Shown: one piece after another, positions 1 to 12,398 of the stretch
Layout: each line of letters starts with the position of its first letter
How positions within the stretch are numbered: the stretch's first letter is position 1
Source: Mobula hypostoma
Taxonomy: Eukaryota
Length of the DNA: 64,000 nucleotides
Direction of reading: 5' to 3'
Assembly (NCBI RefSeq): GCF_963921235.1
Contig: NC_086108.1
Span: 116,686,001 to 116,750,000 of the forward strand
Notes under the pieces: generated by a model
Database searches by the model: none
Told to the model about the DNA's origin: nothing
What the model saw: the letters and a program-made list of their open reading frames with translations, nothing else
Program-made: the position numbers and the translations under genes

Positions 1-490
1 GAGGTTCACGAGGATGATTCTGGGAATAAAGGGGTTAACATACAAGTAGCGTTTGGCAGCTTTGGGCCTGTACTCACTGGAATTTAAAAGAATGAGGGGG
101 GGATCTCATTGAAACCTACCCAATGCTGAATGGACTGGATAGGGTGGGTGTGGAGAGGATGTTTCCTATTGTGGGGGTTTCCAGAACTAGAGGGCACAGC
201 CTCAAAATTGTGGGGCGACCTTTTGGAACAGAAGTAAGGAGGATTCTTTTTAGCCAGAGAGTAGTGAATCTGTGGAATGCTCTGCCACACACTGCGGCGG
301 AGACCGAGTCCGTGGGTGTTTTTAAGGCGGAAGTTGATCATTTCCTGATCGGTCAGGGCATCGAAGGATATGGTGAGTGGGCAGGTGTAAGGGGTTGAGT
401 GGGATCTGGGATCAGCCATGATGGAATGGTGGAGCAGACTCGATGGGCTGAATGGCCTAATTCTGCTCGTGTGTCTCATAGTCTTATAGG
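1..490 (+). mobile_element. CR1-type LINE 3' fragment (ORF2 C-terminus and 3'UTR)
   Basis: RTRGHSLKI...FSQRVVNLWNALP motif followed by the typical 3'UTR (ctcgatgggctgaatggcct) and a short tail. Confidence 0.85.
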
Positions 491-529
491 CTGATCCCCA
501 GCTCTCAACAGTGTAAAAGAAGCAGCTCA

Positions 530-975
530 CTCACAAGACGCTAACAATTTATTTTCAATTTTTTTTGTTTACACCGTATATTTTTAATTAATTTTACAAA
601 AAGTTATTGTAAAACGGGAAGCCAAAGAGAGAGAGAGAGACACTTGCAAGTTCTGAAAGACGAGAGATAATTTACAAAAAGAATAATTACAGTTCAATAA
701 AATACATCTTCTCAGCATCTCAGCTGTGAGATTACACAACACAAGACTCCTCTGAAGTGATGACTCCACTGAGGGAACAGCACAGCACAGGGGGACATTC
801 CACGCCGTGTCTCCCGTAGGTTTATGTCATGTGATTGGTGCCCCACGAGGGCATTCAGTATTCTCTCGGTAATAGTGTGCACACAGAGGGAAGGAATTTC
901 CGTCCAGCTGCTGAACTTGCAGGTGCCTTGAGGAAGTTGGATGTTCAATTGCTCTACACGGTCTGGTCTCCATCA
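530..975 (-). promoter_or_regulatory. Collagen 3'UTR with candidate poly(A) signal AATAAA at 548-553
   Basis: Non-repetitive, partly AU-rich sequence after the stop codon; plus-strand tttatt at 548-553. The true cleavage site is not observable. Confidence 0.65.
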
Positions 976-1122
976 TTAACCCAGGAAGCAGACGGGACCA
1001 ACTTCAAACCCAAATTTCTGGTTCGGATTCCCAAAGTCACTCACCAAAAAGTCTATGACGGGCACTTGTTGCACTTTGGGAGTGTTGATCTCAAGTACGG
1101 TCTTGCCCAAACCTTTCCTCAA
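976..1122 (-). CDS. COL11A1: Collagen last coding exon ([16 protein letters not shown]...[15 protein letters not shown])
   Basis: tttctcAG acceptor, in frame, ends with TAA. C-terminus [11 protein letters not shown] as recalled for COL11A1. Confidence 0.95.
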   Translation of the reverse strand: MRKGLGKTVLEINTPKVQQVPVIDFLVSDFGNPNQKFGFEVGPVCFLG

Positions 1123-1204
1123 CTGAGAAATCAAAAACAGAGGAATTAAATGTATCACTGCACACTACCACCCTCACATACAGTACAACATGTGCATCAA
1201 CTGG

Positions 1205-1385
1205 AACCGTCCATGATACTCCTGGAATGGGTCTGACCCTGAGAGAACGGAGATAGGAATCGGACATGGTTCCCCTGGTGTGGGTCTGACCCAGGGGGGA
1301 ATGGAGATAGGAATTGGACATGGTTCTGCTGGTCTGGGCTGACCCAGGGGGATACCGAGATGGGAACTGTGCACGGTGCTACCAG
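1205..1385. repeat. About 3 degenerate tandem copies of a ~53-bp unit (gggtctgaccc...ggagataggaat.ggacatggtt)
   Basis: The unit recurs at about 1229, 1282 and 1336. Confidence 0.7.
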
Positions 1386-1414
1386 TGTGGCGCAGACTTA
1401 CAGGGATCTCACGA

Positions 1415-1679
1415 CTGCTATCTCACACACTGTGAGACGTACACTACAGCCAGCTCACACAGTGACTCTTACATTACGTTATCTCACACACTGTGAGACG
1501 TACACTACAGCTCTCACACAGTGACTCTTACATTACGTTATCTTACACACTGTGAGACGTACACTACAGCTCTCACACACAGACATGCACACTAGAGCTA
1601 CCTCACACAGTGAGATGCACACTAAAGCTATCTCGCACACAGTGAGGCTTACACTACAGCTAACGCACAAACAGTGAGA
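1415..1679. repeat. CA-rich ~30-34-bp minisatellite (cagtgagacatacactacagctatctcacaca), block 1
   Basis: Tandem units visible directly; the same unit occurs in blocks at 10893-11607, 12248-12398 and 15260-15540. Confidence 0.9.
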
Positions 1680-2022
1680 ACAGAAGATCATCAGTAATAG
1701 GAGCAGGAGTCGGCCATCCAGCCCATCGAGCCTGCCCCGCCATTCAATAAGATCATGGCTGATCTGTCCGTAAACTCAGCTCCATCTACCTGCCCTTTCC
1801 CAATAACCTTTAGTTCCCTTACTATGTAAAAATCTATCTAACTGTATCTTAAATATATTTAGTGAAGAAGCCTCAACTGCTTCCCTGGGCAGAGAATTCC
1901 ACAGATTCACCACTCTCTGGGGGAAAGACAGTTTCTCCTCATCTCTGTCCTAAATCTTCTCCCCTGAATCTTGAGGCAATGTCCCCTAGTTCTAGTCTCA
2001 CCTACCAATGGAAACAACTTTC

Positions 2023-2186
2023 TGTCATGGTCCCTTCTGGCGATCCCCCACCTTGCTATTTACCACAGGAATTGGGCCTCAATCACCTCATTTAATTTCC
2101 AATCATTCCCAGGTTCCACTCTACACACACCTGCTTCCCATCAGAAGCTGCAGGATAAAGACCCTGTGATCACAACAAGGAGCTGT
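2023..2186 (+). repeat. 5' LTR (truncated)
   Basis: Begins TGTCATGGTCCCTTCTGG, matches 6992-7157, then jumps directly into gag coding sequence. Confidence 0.9.
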
Positions 2187-5040
2187 TGAGTCTTTGACTT
2201 GCAGCCATGTGCCTACACTTCCGATAAATCAAAGATCGCGTACATCGTGGGGCTGCTATGAGGGGATGCCTTGGCTTGGGCAACCACAGCATTGGATAAC
2301 CGACCTGAGGTTTGTTCCTCCTACTCCTCTCTTGTCGCTGAAATGAGGAAAGTCTTCGAACAATCCATTTGTGGTAAGGACGCAGTGAAACGGTTGTTTA
2401 CTCTTCGTCAGGCTTCACGAAGTGCGGCCAGGTATTCCACTGAGTTCCGGACCTTAGCCGCAGACTCCGGGTGGAATGTCGAGGCCCTATGGGAGGTGTT
2501 TCGACAGGGCCTCTTGGACAAGACAAGAGTTGGCCGTGAGAAACGACACGGACTGTCTGGACTCTGATCTCGCTAGCCATTCGATTAGATTATCAACTTC
2601 AGCAGCGTCAGAGAGAGAGAACCAGTCGCCCCGCTCCTTGGGGAAGCCCACAGTCCACCTTACCAGTCTCAGCCAGCCGCCCTTCCCCAGCCGCTCCCAG
2701 TGTGGCTCCTGCTCTGACCGTCCCCACCCCCTGGGGGAGGAACGGATGCAGCTGGGACGGAACCGTCTCTCCCCGGCTGAACGAATTCGGAGGTGGAGAG
2801 CTGGGGATTGCTACTATTGTGGCCAGCCAGGACATTTACGGGATACCTGCCCTCAGCGGCCAAAAGGGAGGGCTCACCAGTGAGAAAGGGAGCTCTGGTG
2901 AGCCAAATGATACTCCCTTCAGCACCCCAGACTCGGATGCAGATCCCGGCAACCACGAATTACCAACAACAGTCCCTGTCCCTATCCACTTTGGTGGATT
3001 CTGGTGCTGAGGCAATTTGCTGGACGAAGAGATAGCCACCCAGACCGGAATACCTCACCAGCCGCTAACCACCCCCCTGGAGGCCCGGGCTCTGGACGGA
3101 AAACTGCTGGCTCGGGTGATCCACTGTACGCTGCCCCTGACCTTGATCCTATCCAGCAATCATCGGGAGGAGGTACGATTCAGTCTCATTCATTCACCTC
3201 AAGCCCCAGTAGTTCTAGGGTATCCATGGCTGACCCAACACAATCTCCATATCGACTGGTCTACCGGGAGGATAGCCGAATGGAGCCCGTCTTGCCATGC
3301 CAACTGTCTGCGGTCAGCCCCATCTCCCAGAGAAGCTACCGTGACCCCGCCTGTTTTGGAACCCCCTTGACTTGTCCCGCGTCCCCAAAGAGTACCATGA
3401 CTTGGGACAGGTGTTCAGTAAACAACGGGCCTTTTCCCTGCCTCCGCACCACCCATATGATTGTGCCATTGACCTTCTCCCCGGGGCCCCACTACCCACC
3501 AGTTGCCTCTTTAACCTATCCCGACCGGAGGGAGAGGCAATGGAGAAATACATTAGCGAGTCCCTCGCGGCGGGCATTATCAGGCCTTCATCCTCCCCGG
3601 TAGGCGCCGGTTTCTTTTTTGTAGAGAAGAAGGACGGGACGCTTCGCCCTTGTATCGACTACCGAGGCCTAAATAATATAACAGTTAAGAACAATTACTC
3701 TCTACCCCTCATTAGTTCGGCATTTGAACCACTGCATGGAGCCACCATCTTCTCAAAGCTGGACCTTCGCAACGCCTACCATTTCGTCAGGATGAGGGAG
3801 GGGAACGAATGCAAGACGGCCTTCAATACACCTCTGGGCCACTTTGAATATTTGGTCATGCTGTTTGGCCTCACCAACGCTCCCGCCGTTTTCCAAAGCC
3901 TGATCAATGACGTACTGAGGGACTTTATCAAGGTATTTGTTTACCCTGACGATATCCTGATATTTTCTAGCAGCCCCCAAGAGCACGTACACCATGTCCG
4001 TCATTTCCTCCAGAGACTGTGGGAAAACCAGTTATTTGCAAAGGCGGAGAAATGCGAGTTCCACATTCCTTCGGTCAGCTTCCTAGGTTATATCATTGAA
4101 AGCGGGCAGGTAAAAGCAGACCCCGAGAAGATCCGGGCAGTGGAGGAATGGCCTGGACCCACGACACGCAAACAACTTCAATGATTCCTGGGGTTTGCAA
4201 ACTTCTACCGCAGATTCATCAGATACTACAGTCGAGAGCAGCCCCCCCCCCCGCTTACCCGGCTTACCTCGCCTACCACACTGTTTTGCTGGGACTCCAA
4301 AGCTGACTCAGCATTCACCAACCTGAAGAGGCGTTTCACCACCACTCCCATCCTGGTCCATCCAGACCCATCCTGTCAATTGATCCTTGAGGTGGACGCC
4401 TCTGACTCCAGGGTAGGAGCGGTCCTATCCCAATGGTCAAGTTTGGACGAAAAGCTTCACCCCTGCACGTTCTACTCTCGCCGACTGTCCCCCACCGAGC
4501 GGCATTACGACATGGGGAATCGGGAACTGCTGGCAGTCAAATTAGCACTGGAAGAATGGAGGCACTGGCTGGAGGGGGCAGAACACCCGTTTGTGGTGTG
4601 GACTGATTGTAAGAACCTGGGGTATATTCAGACCGCCAAACGATTGAACTCCCGCCAGGCACATTGGGCATTGTTTTTTGGAGGGTTCGAGTTTACCCTC
4701 ACGTACCATCCAGGATCCAAGAACGGGAAGCCGGATACACTAGCCCGCCAGCATGACTCCAAGGATGATACCTCCATTTCCGAGACTATCCTCCCACCAT
4801 CCTGCGTGGTTGCCACCCTCACTTGGGAGATCGAGTCTAAAGTAAAGGAAGCCCAGCGGGAAGACCCCGACACTGGCAATGGACCCAGCGATTGCCTGTA
4901 CATGCCCGTCTCCGTCAGGTCTCGGGTTCACCAATGGGGGCACACATCCCTGTTCACCTGCCACTTTGGGAGTGATCGGATCCTGACTCTCCTGAGGAAG
5001 CACTTTTGGCGGCCGTCCATGGAGGGGGACACCCGTTCTT

Positions 5041-5806
5041 ATAGAATATAGAATAGTACAGCACAGTACAGGCACATTGGCCCACATTGTTGTGCCGACC
5101 CTCAAACCCTGCCTCCCATATAACCCCCCACATTAAATTCCTCCATATACCTGTCTAGTAGTCTCTTAAAATTCACTAGTGTATCTGCCTCCACCACTGA
5201 CTCAGGCAGTGCATTCCACACACCAATCATTGAGTAAAAAAACCTTCCTCTAATATCCCCCTTGAACTTCCCACCCCTTACCTTAAAGCCATGTCCTCTT
5301 GTATTGAGCAGTGGTGCCCGGGGAAGAGGCGCTGGCTATCCACTCTATCTATTCCTCTTAATATCTTGTATACCTCTATCATGTCTCCTCTCATCCTCCT
5401 TCTCCCCAAAGAGTAAAGCCCAAGCTCCCTTAATCTCTGATCATAATGCATACTTTCTAAACCAGGCAGCATCCTGGTAAATCTCCTCTGCACCCTTTCC
5501 AATGCTTCCACATCCTTCCTATAGTGAGGTGACCAGAACTGGACACAGTACTCCAAGTGTGGCCTAACCAGAGTTTTATAGAGCTGCATCATTGCATCGC
5601 GACTCCTAAACTCTATCCCTCGACTTCTGAAAGCTAACACCCCATAAGCTTTCTTAACTACCCTATCCACCTGTGAGGCAACTTTCAGGGATCTGTGGAC
5701 ATGTACCCCAAGATCCCTCTGCTCCTCCACACTACCAAGTATCCTGCCATTTACTTTGTACTCTGCCTTGGAGTTTGTCCTTCCAAAGTGTACCACCTCA
5801 CACTTC
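5041..5806 (-). mobile_element. 5'-truncated CR1 LINE inserted in the Gypsy integrase
   Basis: ORF 5278-5796 (LVRPHLEYCVQFWSP); microsatellite tail at 5041; nearly identical to part of 13945-15196. Confidence 0.92.
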
Positions 5807-6991
5807 TATCTCGGTCTCGGTTTGTCTCGGCTTGTTCCATCTGTGCCTGGGGAAAGGTCTCCCATCGACCTCCTGCGGGTCTACTTCATCCTCCACCTGT
5901 CCCTGGTCACACATCGCCCTCGACTTTGTCACCGGTCTACCCCCTTCCTGTGGAAACACTACAGTCCTCACTGTGGTAGACCGATTCTCCAAGGTGCACT
6001 TTTTGGCCCTCCCGAAACTCCCTTCCTCTCAAGAAACTGCAGACCTTCTTGTCCACCACGTCTTCCACCTCCACGGAATCCCCACGGACATCGCCTCCGA
6101 TCGAGGTCCCCAGTTTGTCTCGCAGGTATGGAAGGCATTCTGTCAAGCCTTAGGTGCATCGGTCAGCCTCTCATCCGGCTTCCACCCCCAGATGAACGGG
6201 CAGATGGAACAGGTCAACCAAGACCTGGAGGCAACGTTACGTTGTGTAACGGCAAACAACCCGTCGACCTGGAGCGACCATCTATCGTGGGCTGAGTGCA
6301 CCCACAACTCTCTGGTGAGCTCTGCCATTGGAAGGTCTCAGTTCGAGTGCTCCCTTGGGTACCAACCCCCGCTGTTCCCCGCGCAAGAAGAGGAGATTGC
6401 GGTACAGTTGGTTCAGGACCATATTGATTGGTGCCTTAGATTTGGGAGGAGACATGCACAGCCCTACTCAGATCAACAAATCGAAATAAGAAGACAGCCG
6501 AACGACACCGGACTCCGGCGTCTGAGTACCAACCTGGGCAGATGGTGTGGCTTTTTTCCAAGGACATCCTGCTCAAAAACAAACATAGGAAACTCGCCCC
6601 TCGCTTCCTGAGACCATTCAAGGTTGACAGGGTTATCAATCCCACAGCGGTCCGCCTAAAGCTGCCAAGATCCATGCACATCCACCCAACTTTGCATGTG
6701 TCTCAGTTAAATCCAGTTTCCGTCAGCCCCTTGTGTCCCCCAGCTGAGGCTCCCCCACCTGCCCGTATCATCAACAACCATCCGACATACACCGTCCGAT
6801 GACTACTAGATGTGCACCATTGGGGCAGGGGTCTCCGATACCTGGTGGACTGGGAAGGGTACGGTCCAGAAGAGCGTTCCTGGGTCCCCCGCTCCTTCAT
6901 CCTAGACCCTTCCTTCATCCAGGACTTTCATCGGGACCATCCAGACAGGCCTGGAGGGTTGCCGGGAGGCTCCTGTTGAGGTGGGGGTTAC

Positions 6992-7375
6992 TGTCATGGT
7001 CCCTTCTGGCAATCCCCCATCTTACTATTTATCACAGGAATTGGGCCTCAATCACCTCATTTAATTTCCAATCATTCCCAGGTTCCACTAACTACACACA
7101 CCTGCTTCCCATCAGAAACTGCAGGATAAAGACCCTGTGATCAGAACAAGGAGCTGCCAGTTTGTTGGATAACTCGTGTATGAGTAACCTCATTCCATGG
7201 TTCTTAGGACTATCAGTTCTAAGTCTAGCATCGTTACTGAATTCGCTACTAAACCCAAGACTCCTGGTAAAGACTCTCTTGGACACCAATTCCACGCTCG
7301 CTACAACCGCAACGCCTCCTAACTCCCGCCCGTGTTCAGCACTTGGGTTCATTCCACTGCTACGTCCTTGTAACA
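6992..7375 (+). repeat. 3' LTR (~384 bp, TG...CA)
   Basis: Follows the polypurine tract; starts TGTCA and ends TAACA. Confidence 0.9.
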
Positions 7376-9254
7376 ATTTCCTACTTCTATCTCATCTATC
7401 CCTTTCAAAATTTTGTTTTTTTTCCTATAAGATCCTCTCTCATTCTTCTGAACTCGGAGTATAGTCGCAGGTGACTCAATCTCTCCTCATACATTAACCC
7501 CTTCAACCTGGTGAACTTCCTCTGCACTGCCCCCAAAGCCAGTATACCCCCCAAGTATGGAGACCAGATCTACAGACCAGATCTGCACACAGTACTCCAC
7601 ATGCGGCCTCACCAATACCCTGTATAGTTGCAGCATGACCTCCCTGCTCTTGAATTCAATCCCTTTAGCAATGAAGGCCAACATTCCATTTGCCTCCTTA
7701 ATAACCTGTTGTACCTGTAACTCAACTTTATGCAATTCATGAACAAGCACTCCCAAGTTCCTCTGCACAACAGCAATCTTTCTCCATTTAAACAATAATC
7801 TACTCTTCTATTATTCCTTCCAAAAGTGGATGATATCGCATTTACCAACTTTATATCCCATCTGCCAGACCTTGGCCCACTCACTTAACCTATCTATATC
7901 CCTCTGCAGACTCTCCACATCCTCTGTACAATTTGCTTTTCCACTCAGTTTAGTGTCATCAGCAAATTTTGCTACGCTACACTCAGTCCCCTCTTCCAAA
8001 TCATCAATGTAAATAGTAAACAGCTGCGGGCCCAGCACCGACCCCTGCGGCACCCCACTCACCACTGACTGCCAACTGGAGAAACACCCTTTATACCAAC
8101 TCTCTGCCTTCTATCGGTTAACCAATCCACTATCCATACCAATACACTTCCTCCGACTCCATGCATCCGTATCTTATTTATAAGGCTCTCGTGCACCTTA
8201 TCGAACACCTTCTGGAAATCCAAATATATGACATCCACCTGTTCCCCTTATCCACTGCACTCATTATCTCCTCAAAGAACTCCAGTAAGTCTGTCAAACA
8301 GGACCTGCCCTTTCGGAATCCTTGCTGTGTCTGACTAATGGAACCACTCCTTTCCAAATGTTTCGCTATTTCTTCCTTAATGACAGCTTCAAGCATTTTC
8401 CCAACTACAGATGTTAAGCTAACTGGCCTATAGTTGCCCGTCTTTTGCCTACATCCTTTTTTAAAAAGTGGCATGACATTTGCTGTCTTCCAATCCACCA
8501 GGACCTGCCCAGACTCTAGAGAGTTTTGATAAATAATTATCAACGCGTCTATGATAACCTCCGCTAATTCCTTCAGCACCCTGGAACGCATCCCATCAGG
8601 ACCAGGGGACTTGTCTACCTTCAGGCCCTCTAGTTTTCTCATCACTATCTCTTTAGTGACAGCGATTTTATCAAGGTCCTCACCTCCCATTTTGTCCATA
8701 ACATCCTCCTTTGGCATATTAGACATGTCCTCCACCGTGAAGACCAACACAAAATAGTCATTCAATGTCTCAGCCATTTCCTTATCACCCAGTATCAATT
8801 TCCCCTTCTCGTCTTCCAATGGACCCATGTTGACTTTAGCCACCCTCTTCCACTTTATGTATTAATAAAAATGTTTGCTATCTGTTTTTATATTTTGTGC
8901 TATTTTACTTTCATACTCTATCTTCCCTTTCCTTATTTCTTGTTTAGTTGTTCTCTGTTGCATTAAAGTTTTCCCAGACCTCCAGTCTCCCACTACTCCT
9001 TGTGACTTTGTACACATGAGCTTTTAATTTGATACTATCTTTTATTTCCTTAGCTATCCAAGGCTGGATCTCCCCACACTTACTGTCCCTACTTTTGACT
9101 GGTATATACTTCTGTTGAGCACTGTGAAAAATCTCTTTGAAAGTATTGCACTGTTCCGCAACTGTCCTACCAAATAGCCTGTGCTCCCAATCCACATTAG
9201 CTAACTCCTCCCTCATCCTGTTGTCATCTCCCTTGTTCAAGCATAATATACTAG

Positions 9255-10112
9255 AGACCATAGAAACCATAGAAAAACTACAGCACAGAAACAGGCCTTT
9301 TGGCCCTTCTTGGCTGTGCCGAACCATTTTCTGCCTAGTCCCACTCACCTGCACACGGACCATATCCCTCCATACACCTCCCATCCATGTATCTGTCCAA
9401 TTTATTCTTAAATGTTAAAAAAGAACCCGCATTTACCACCTCGCCTGGCAGCTCATTCCATACTCCCACCACTCTCTGTGTGAAGAAGCCCCCCCTAATG
9501 TTCCCTTTAAACGTTTCCCCCCTCACCCTTAACCCATGTCCTCTGGTTTTTTTCTCCCCTTGCCTCAGTGGAAAAAGCCTGCTTGCATTCACTCTATCTA
9601 TACTCATCATAATTTTATATACCTCTATCAAATCTCCTCATTCTTTTACGCTCCAGGGAATAAAGTCCTAACCTATTCAACCTTTCTCTGTAACTGAGTT
9701 TCTCAAGTCCCGGCAACATCCTTGTAAACCTTCTCTGCACTCTTTCACCCTTAAGAATATCCTTCCTGTAATTTGGTGACCAAAACTGAACACAATACTC
9801 CAGATTCGGCCTCACCAATGCCTTATACAACCTCATCATAACATTCCAGCTCTTTATACTCAATACTTTGATTAATAAAGGCCAATGTACCAAAAGCTCT
9901 CTTTACGACCCTATCCACCTGTGACGCCACTTTTAGGGAATTATGTATCTGTATTCCCAGATCCCTCTGTTCTACTACACTCCTCAGTGCCTTACCATAA
10001 ACCCTGTATGTTCTACCTTGGTTTGTCCTTCCAAAGTGCAATACCTCACACTTGTCTGTATTAAACTCCATCTGCCATTTTTCAGCCCATTTTTCCAGCT
10101 GGTCCAAGTCCT
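9255..10112 (-). mobile_element. 5'-truncated CR1 LINE nested in an older CR1
   Basis: Tail (accatagaa)n at 9257; CR1 C-terminal ORF fragments; CTAG duplicated at 9251-9254 and 10113-10116. Confidence 0.88.
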
Positions 10113-10892
10113 CTAGTTTTAGATCTAACTATTTCATTCTCCATCTGAATGCGAAATTCAATCATACTATTCAATTCACTCTTTCCAAGAGGATCCCTGA
10201 CTACAAGATCGTTAATCTTACCTGTCTCATTGCACAGGACTGGATCTAAGATAGTATTTTCCCTTGTAGGTTCACTAACATGCTGCTCAAGAAAGCCATC
10301 ACGGATGCATTCTATGAAGTCCTCCTCAAGACTTCCTTCACCAACCTGATTCACCCAATCTATGTGGAAGTTAAAATCCCCCATAACAACTGCCATTCCG
10401 TTCTTACAAGCCTCAGTTGTTTCATGGTTAATTGCCTCTGCAATATTTTTATTAGGTGGCCTGTAGACAACACCCACCAGTGATTTTTTTTTTCCATTTA
10501 CTATTCTTAATCTCTACCCAGATGGACTCAACATTCTGCTCCATAGATCTTGTATTGTCTCTCACAATCACCCTGATATCATCCCTAATCAAGAGCGCCA
10601 CCCCACTCCTCTGCCTTCCTGCCTATCTTTCCGTATTACCTGATAGCCTTGGATAATTAATTCCCGGTCATCGCCACCTTGCAACCAGGTTCTGTAACAA
10701 CTATGAAATTATATGCCTTGGTACTGATCTGTGCCACAAGTTCACCAACCTTGTTTCTAATACTATGGGTCTAGTGACCGATGCGATTTTTGCTTTTTAC
10801 TTTTGTGCACTTTACTCTTACTTTTTTCTTCACGACTCTAGCTTTGGTCTCTGAATCACTTCCTTCTTTTCTGTGTAGGTTCCAAACAGAAA

Positions 10893-11607
10893 AGCTATCT
10901 CACACACACTGTGAGATGTACACTACAGCTATCTCACACAATGAGATGGACACTACAGCCGTTTCATACACACTGATTCTTTCACTGCAGCTATCTCATG
11001 CACTCAGTGAGACATACACCACAGCCAACTCTCTCACACACAATGAGATATACACTACAGCCATCTAACACACACTGAGATGTAAACTACAGCTATCTCA
11101 CATTGTGATTCTTACACTGCAGCGACTTCACACACGTGGTGAGATTTAAACTACAGCCATCTCACACAGTGAGATGTACACTACAGTCATCTCACATGCA
11201 CAGTGAGACATAAACTACAGCTATCTTTCCCACACAGTAAGACGTACACTACAGACATCTTATGCATGCGGTGAGACATACACTACAGCTATCTCACACA
11301 GTTAGACCTGCACTACAGCCATCTCACACACAGTGAGACACACACTGCTGCTATCTCCCACACAGAGACGTACACTACAGCTAACTCGCCCACAGTGAGA
11401 CAGTGAGACATACACTACAGCTATCTCACACACAGAGACATACACTACAGCTATCTCACACAGTTAGACCTGCACTACAGCCATCTCACACACAGTGAGA
11501 CACACTGCCGCTATCTCCCATACAGAGACGTACACTACAGCTAACTCGCCCACAGTGAGACATACACTACAGCTATCTCACACAGTGAGACGGACACTGC
11601 AGCAATC
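10893..11607. repeat. CA-rich minisatellite, block 2
   Basis: About 20 tandem units of acactacagctatctcacacacagtgagacat. Confidence 0.92.
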
Positions 11608-12247
11608 TGTATTGGAGGGGTCATGACTGTTACGTGACAGCACTGCCCGTTTACCTGGTCGAAAGACATGCCACTTGCCAATCAAGGTTTGACCCCTCCT
11701 CGCCCATCATTGCACACCTAACCATTGGCCCCTTTAATTAGCCTTGTACTTGACCTCGGGAAATTGGCCTTTGTAATCAGCTGAACTCTGCTGGCACCGA
11801 GTCATTGGCCCCCCCGTGAATCACCTGGGCCTGACTCATCAGCCCTGCTCACTATAAAGGAAGCCACGTGTGCTCGACCCTTTCTCTTTTTTTGCTACCT
11901 CCGAGCGACCACCCTGCTGTTGGTGAGTTGTGCATTGAATAGGGTAGGAAGTGTGGCTATTGTTTTTAGCGGAAGAGCCGTGCCCACACAGAGTCAAGGG
12001 GTGTCGGATATCATACTGACTTTTCCCTTGGTTGTGTGTGTGTGTGTGCTGTACTTTGTTCCCATGCGATTTTATTAATTGTCTGTGTGTGCTTTATTGC
12101 TGATCTGACTACTGTGAAGCGTGTGCGTGTTGCTTCTATTGCCATTTTCCCACGGTTGCCTTCTGTAGATAAAACTCTTTACTACCAAGACTGTGTCCAG
12201 AGTCCTCGCCTTTGAGACCTATCGAATCTGTTTCCTCACTTACAACA
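11608..12247 (+). mobile_element. Solo LTR (640 bp) inserted in the minisatellite
   Basis: TGT...ACA termini; near-perfect 5-bp TSD (caatc/ctatc); TATA-like tataaa at ~11853; repeated attgg/ccaat boxes; gataaa at ~12168; no ORF. Confidence 0.75.
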
Positions 12248-12398
12248 CTATCTCACACACTGAGACGTACACTGACTGCAGCCAATTCACATACACAGTG
12301 AGACGTGCACTACAGCCATCTCACACACAGTGAGAGTTACACCACAGCAATCTCTCACACACAGTGAGACATACACAACAGCAATCTCTCACACACAG
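12248..12398. repeat. CA-rich minisatellite, block 3
   Basis: Same unit continues between the solo LTR and Rex1. Confidence 0.88.

Larger units (their letters stand above)
2023..7375 (+). mobile_element. Gypsy LTR retrotransposon, Sushi/chromovirus type, defective
   Basis: Gag with CCHC knuckle ([14 protein letters not shown]), protease LVDSGA, RT ([18 protein letters not shown]), RNase H (EVDASD, ELLAVK), integrase ([15 protein letters not shown]), chromodomain ([17 protein letters not shown]). PPT gaggtggggg precedes the 3' LTR. Flanks ctttc/atttc form a TSD. Several stops and frameshifts. Confidence 0.95.
1680..10890 (-). mobile_element. Degenerate CR1 LINE (endonuclease-RT), interrupted by a Gypsy element (2023-7375) and a second CR1 (9255-10112)
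   Basis: 3' end at ~1680-2022 resumes seamlessly at ~7381. ORF2 fragments include SGVPQGSVLGP/KFADDTK (7811-8065), KSPGPDG and NYRPVSLTS (8178-8843), and APE-like GVVYRPP/VMGDFN (10082-10477). Confidence 0.85.

Noticed and set aside
2187..4184. Domesticated PEG10/RTL-like gene
   Set aside because: LTRs, a TSD, in-frame stops and frameshifts show a decaying transposon copy.
5673..6611. 312-aa ORF as a novel fusion gene
   Set aside because: Chance read-through from antisense CR1 sequence into the decayed Gypsy integrase.
10893..11607. CRISPR-like appearance of ~32-bp repeats (also 55351-57835)
   Set aside because: Head-to-tail units without unique spacers, no cas genes, eukaryotic intron.
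12330..12398. N-terminal extension of the 509-aa ORF
   Set aside because: It is minisatellite sequence in frame by chance ahead of the truncated Rex1.
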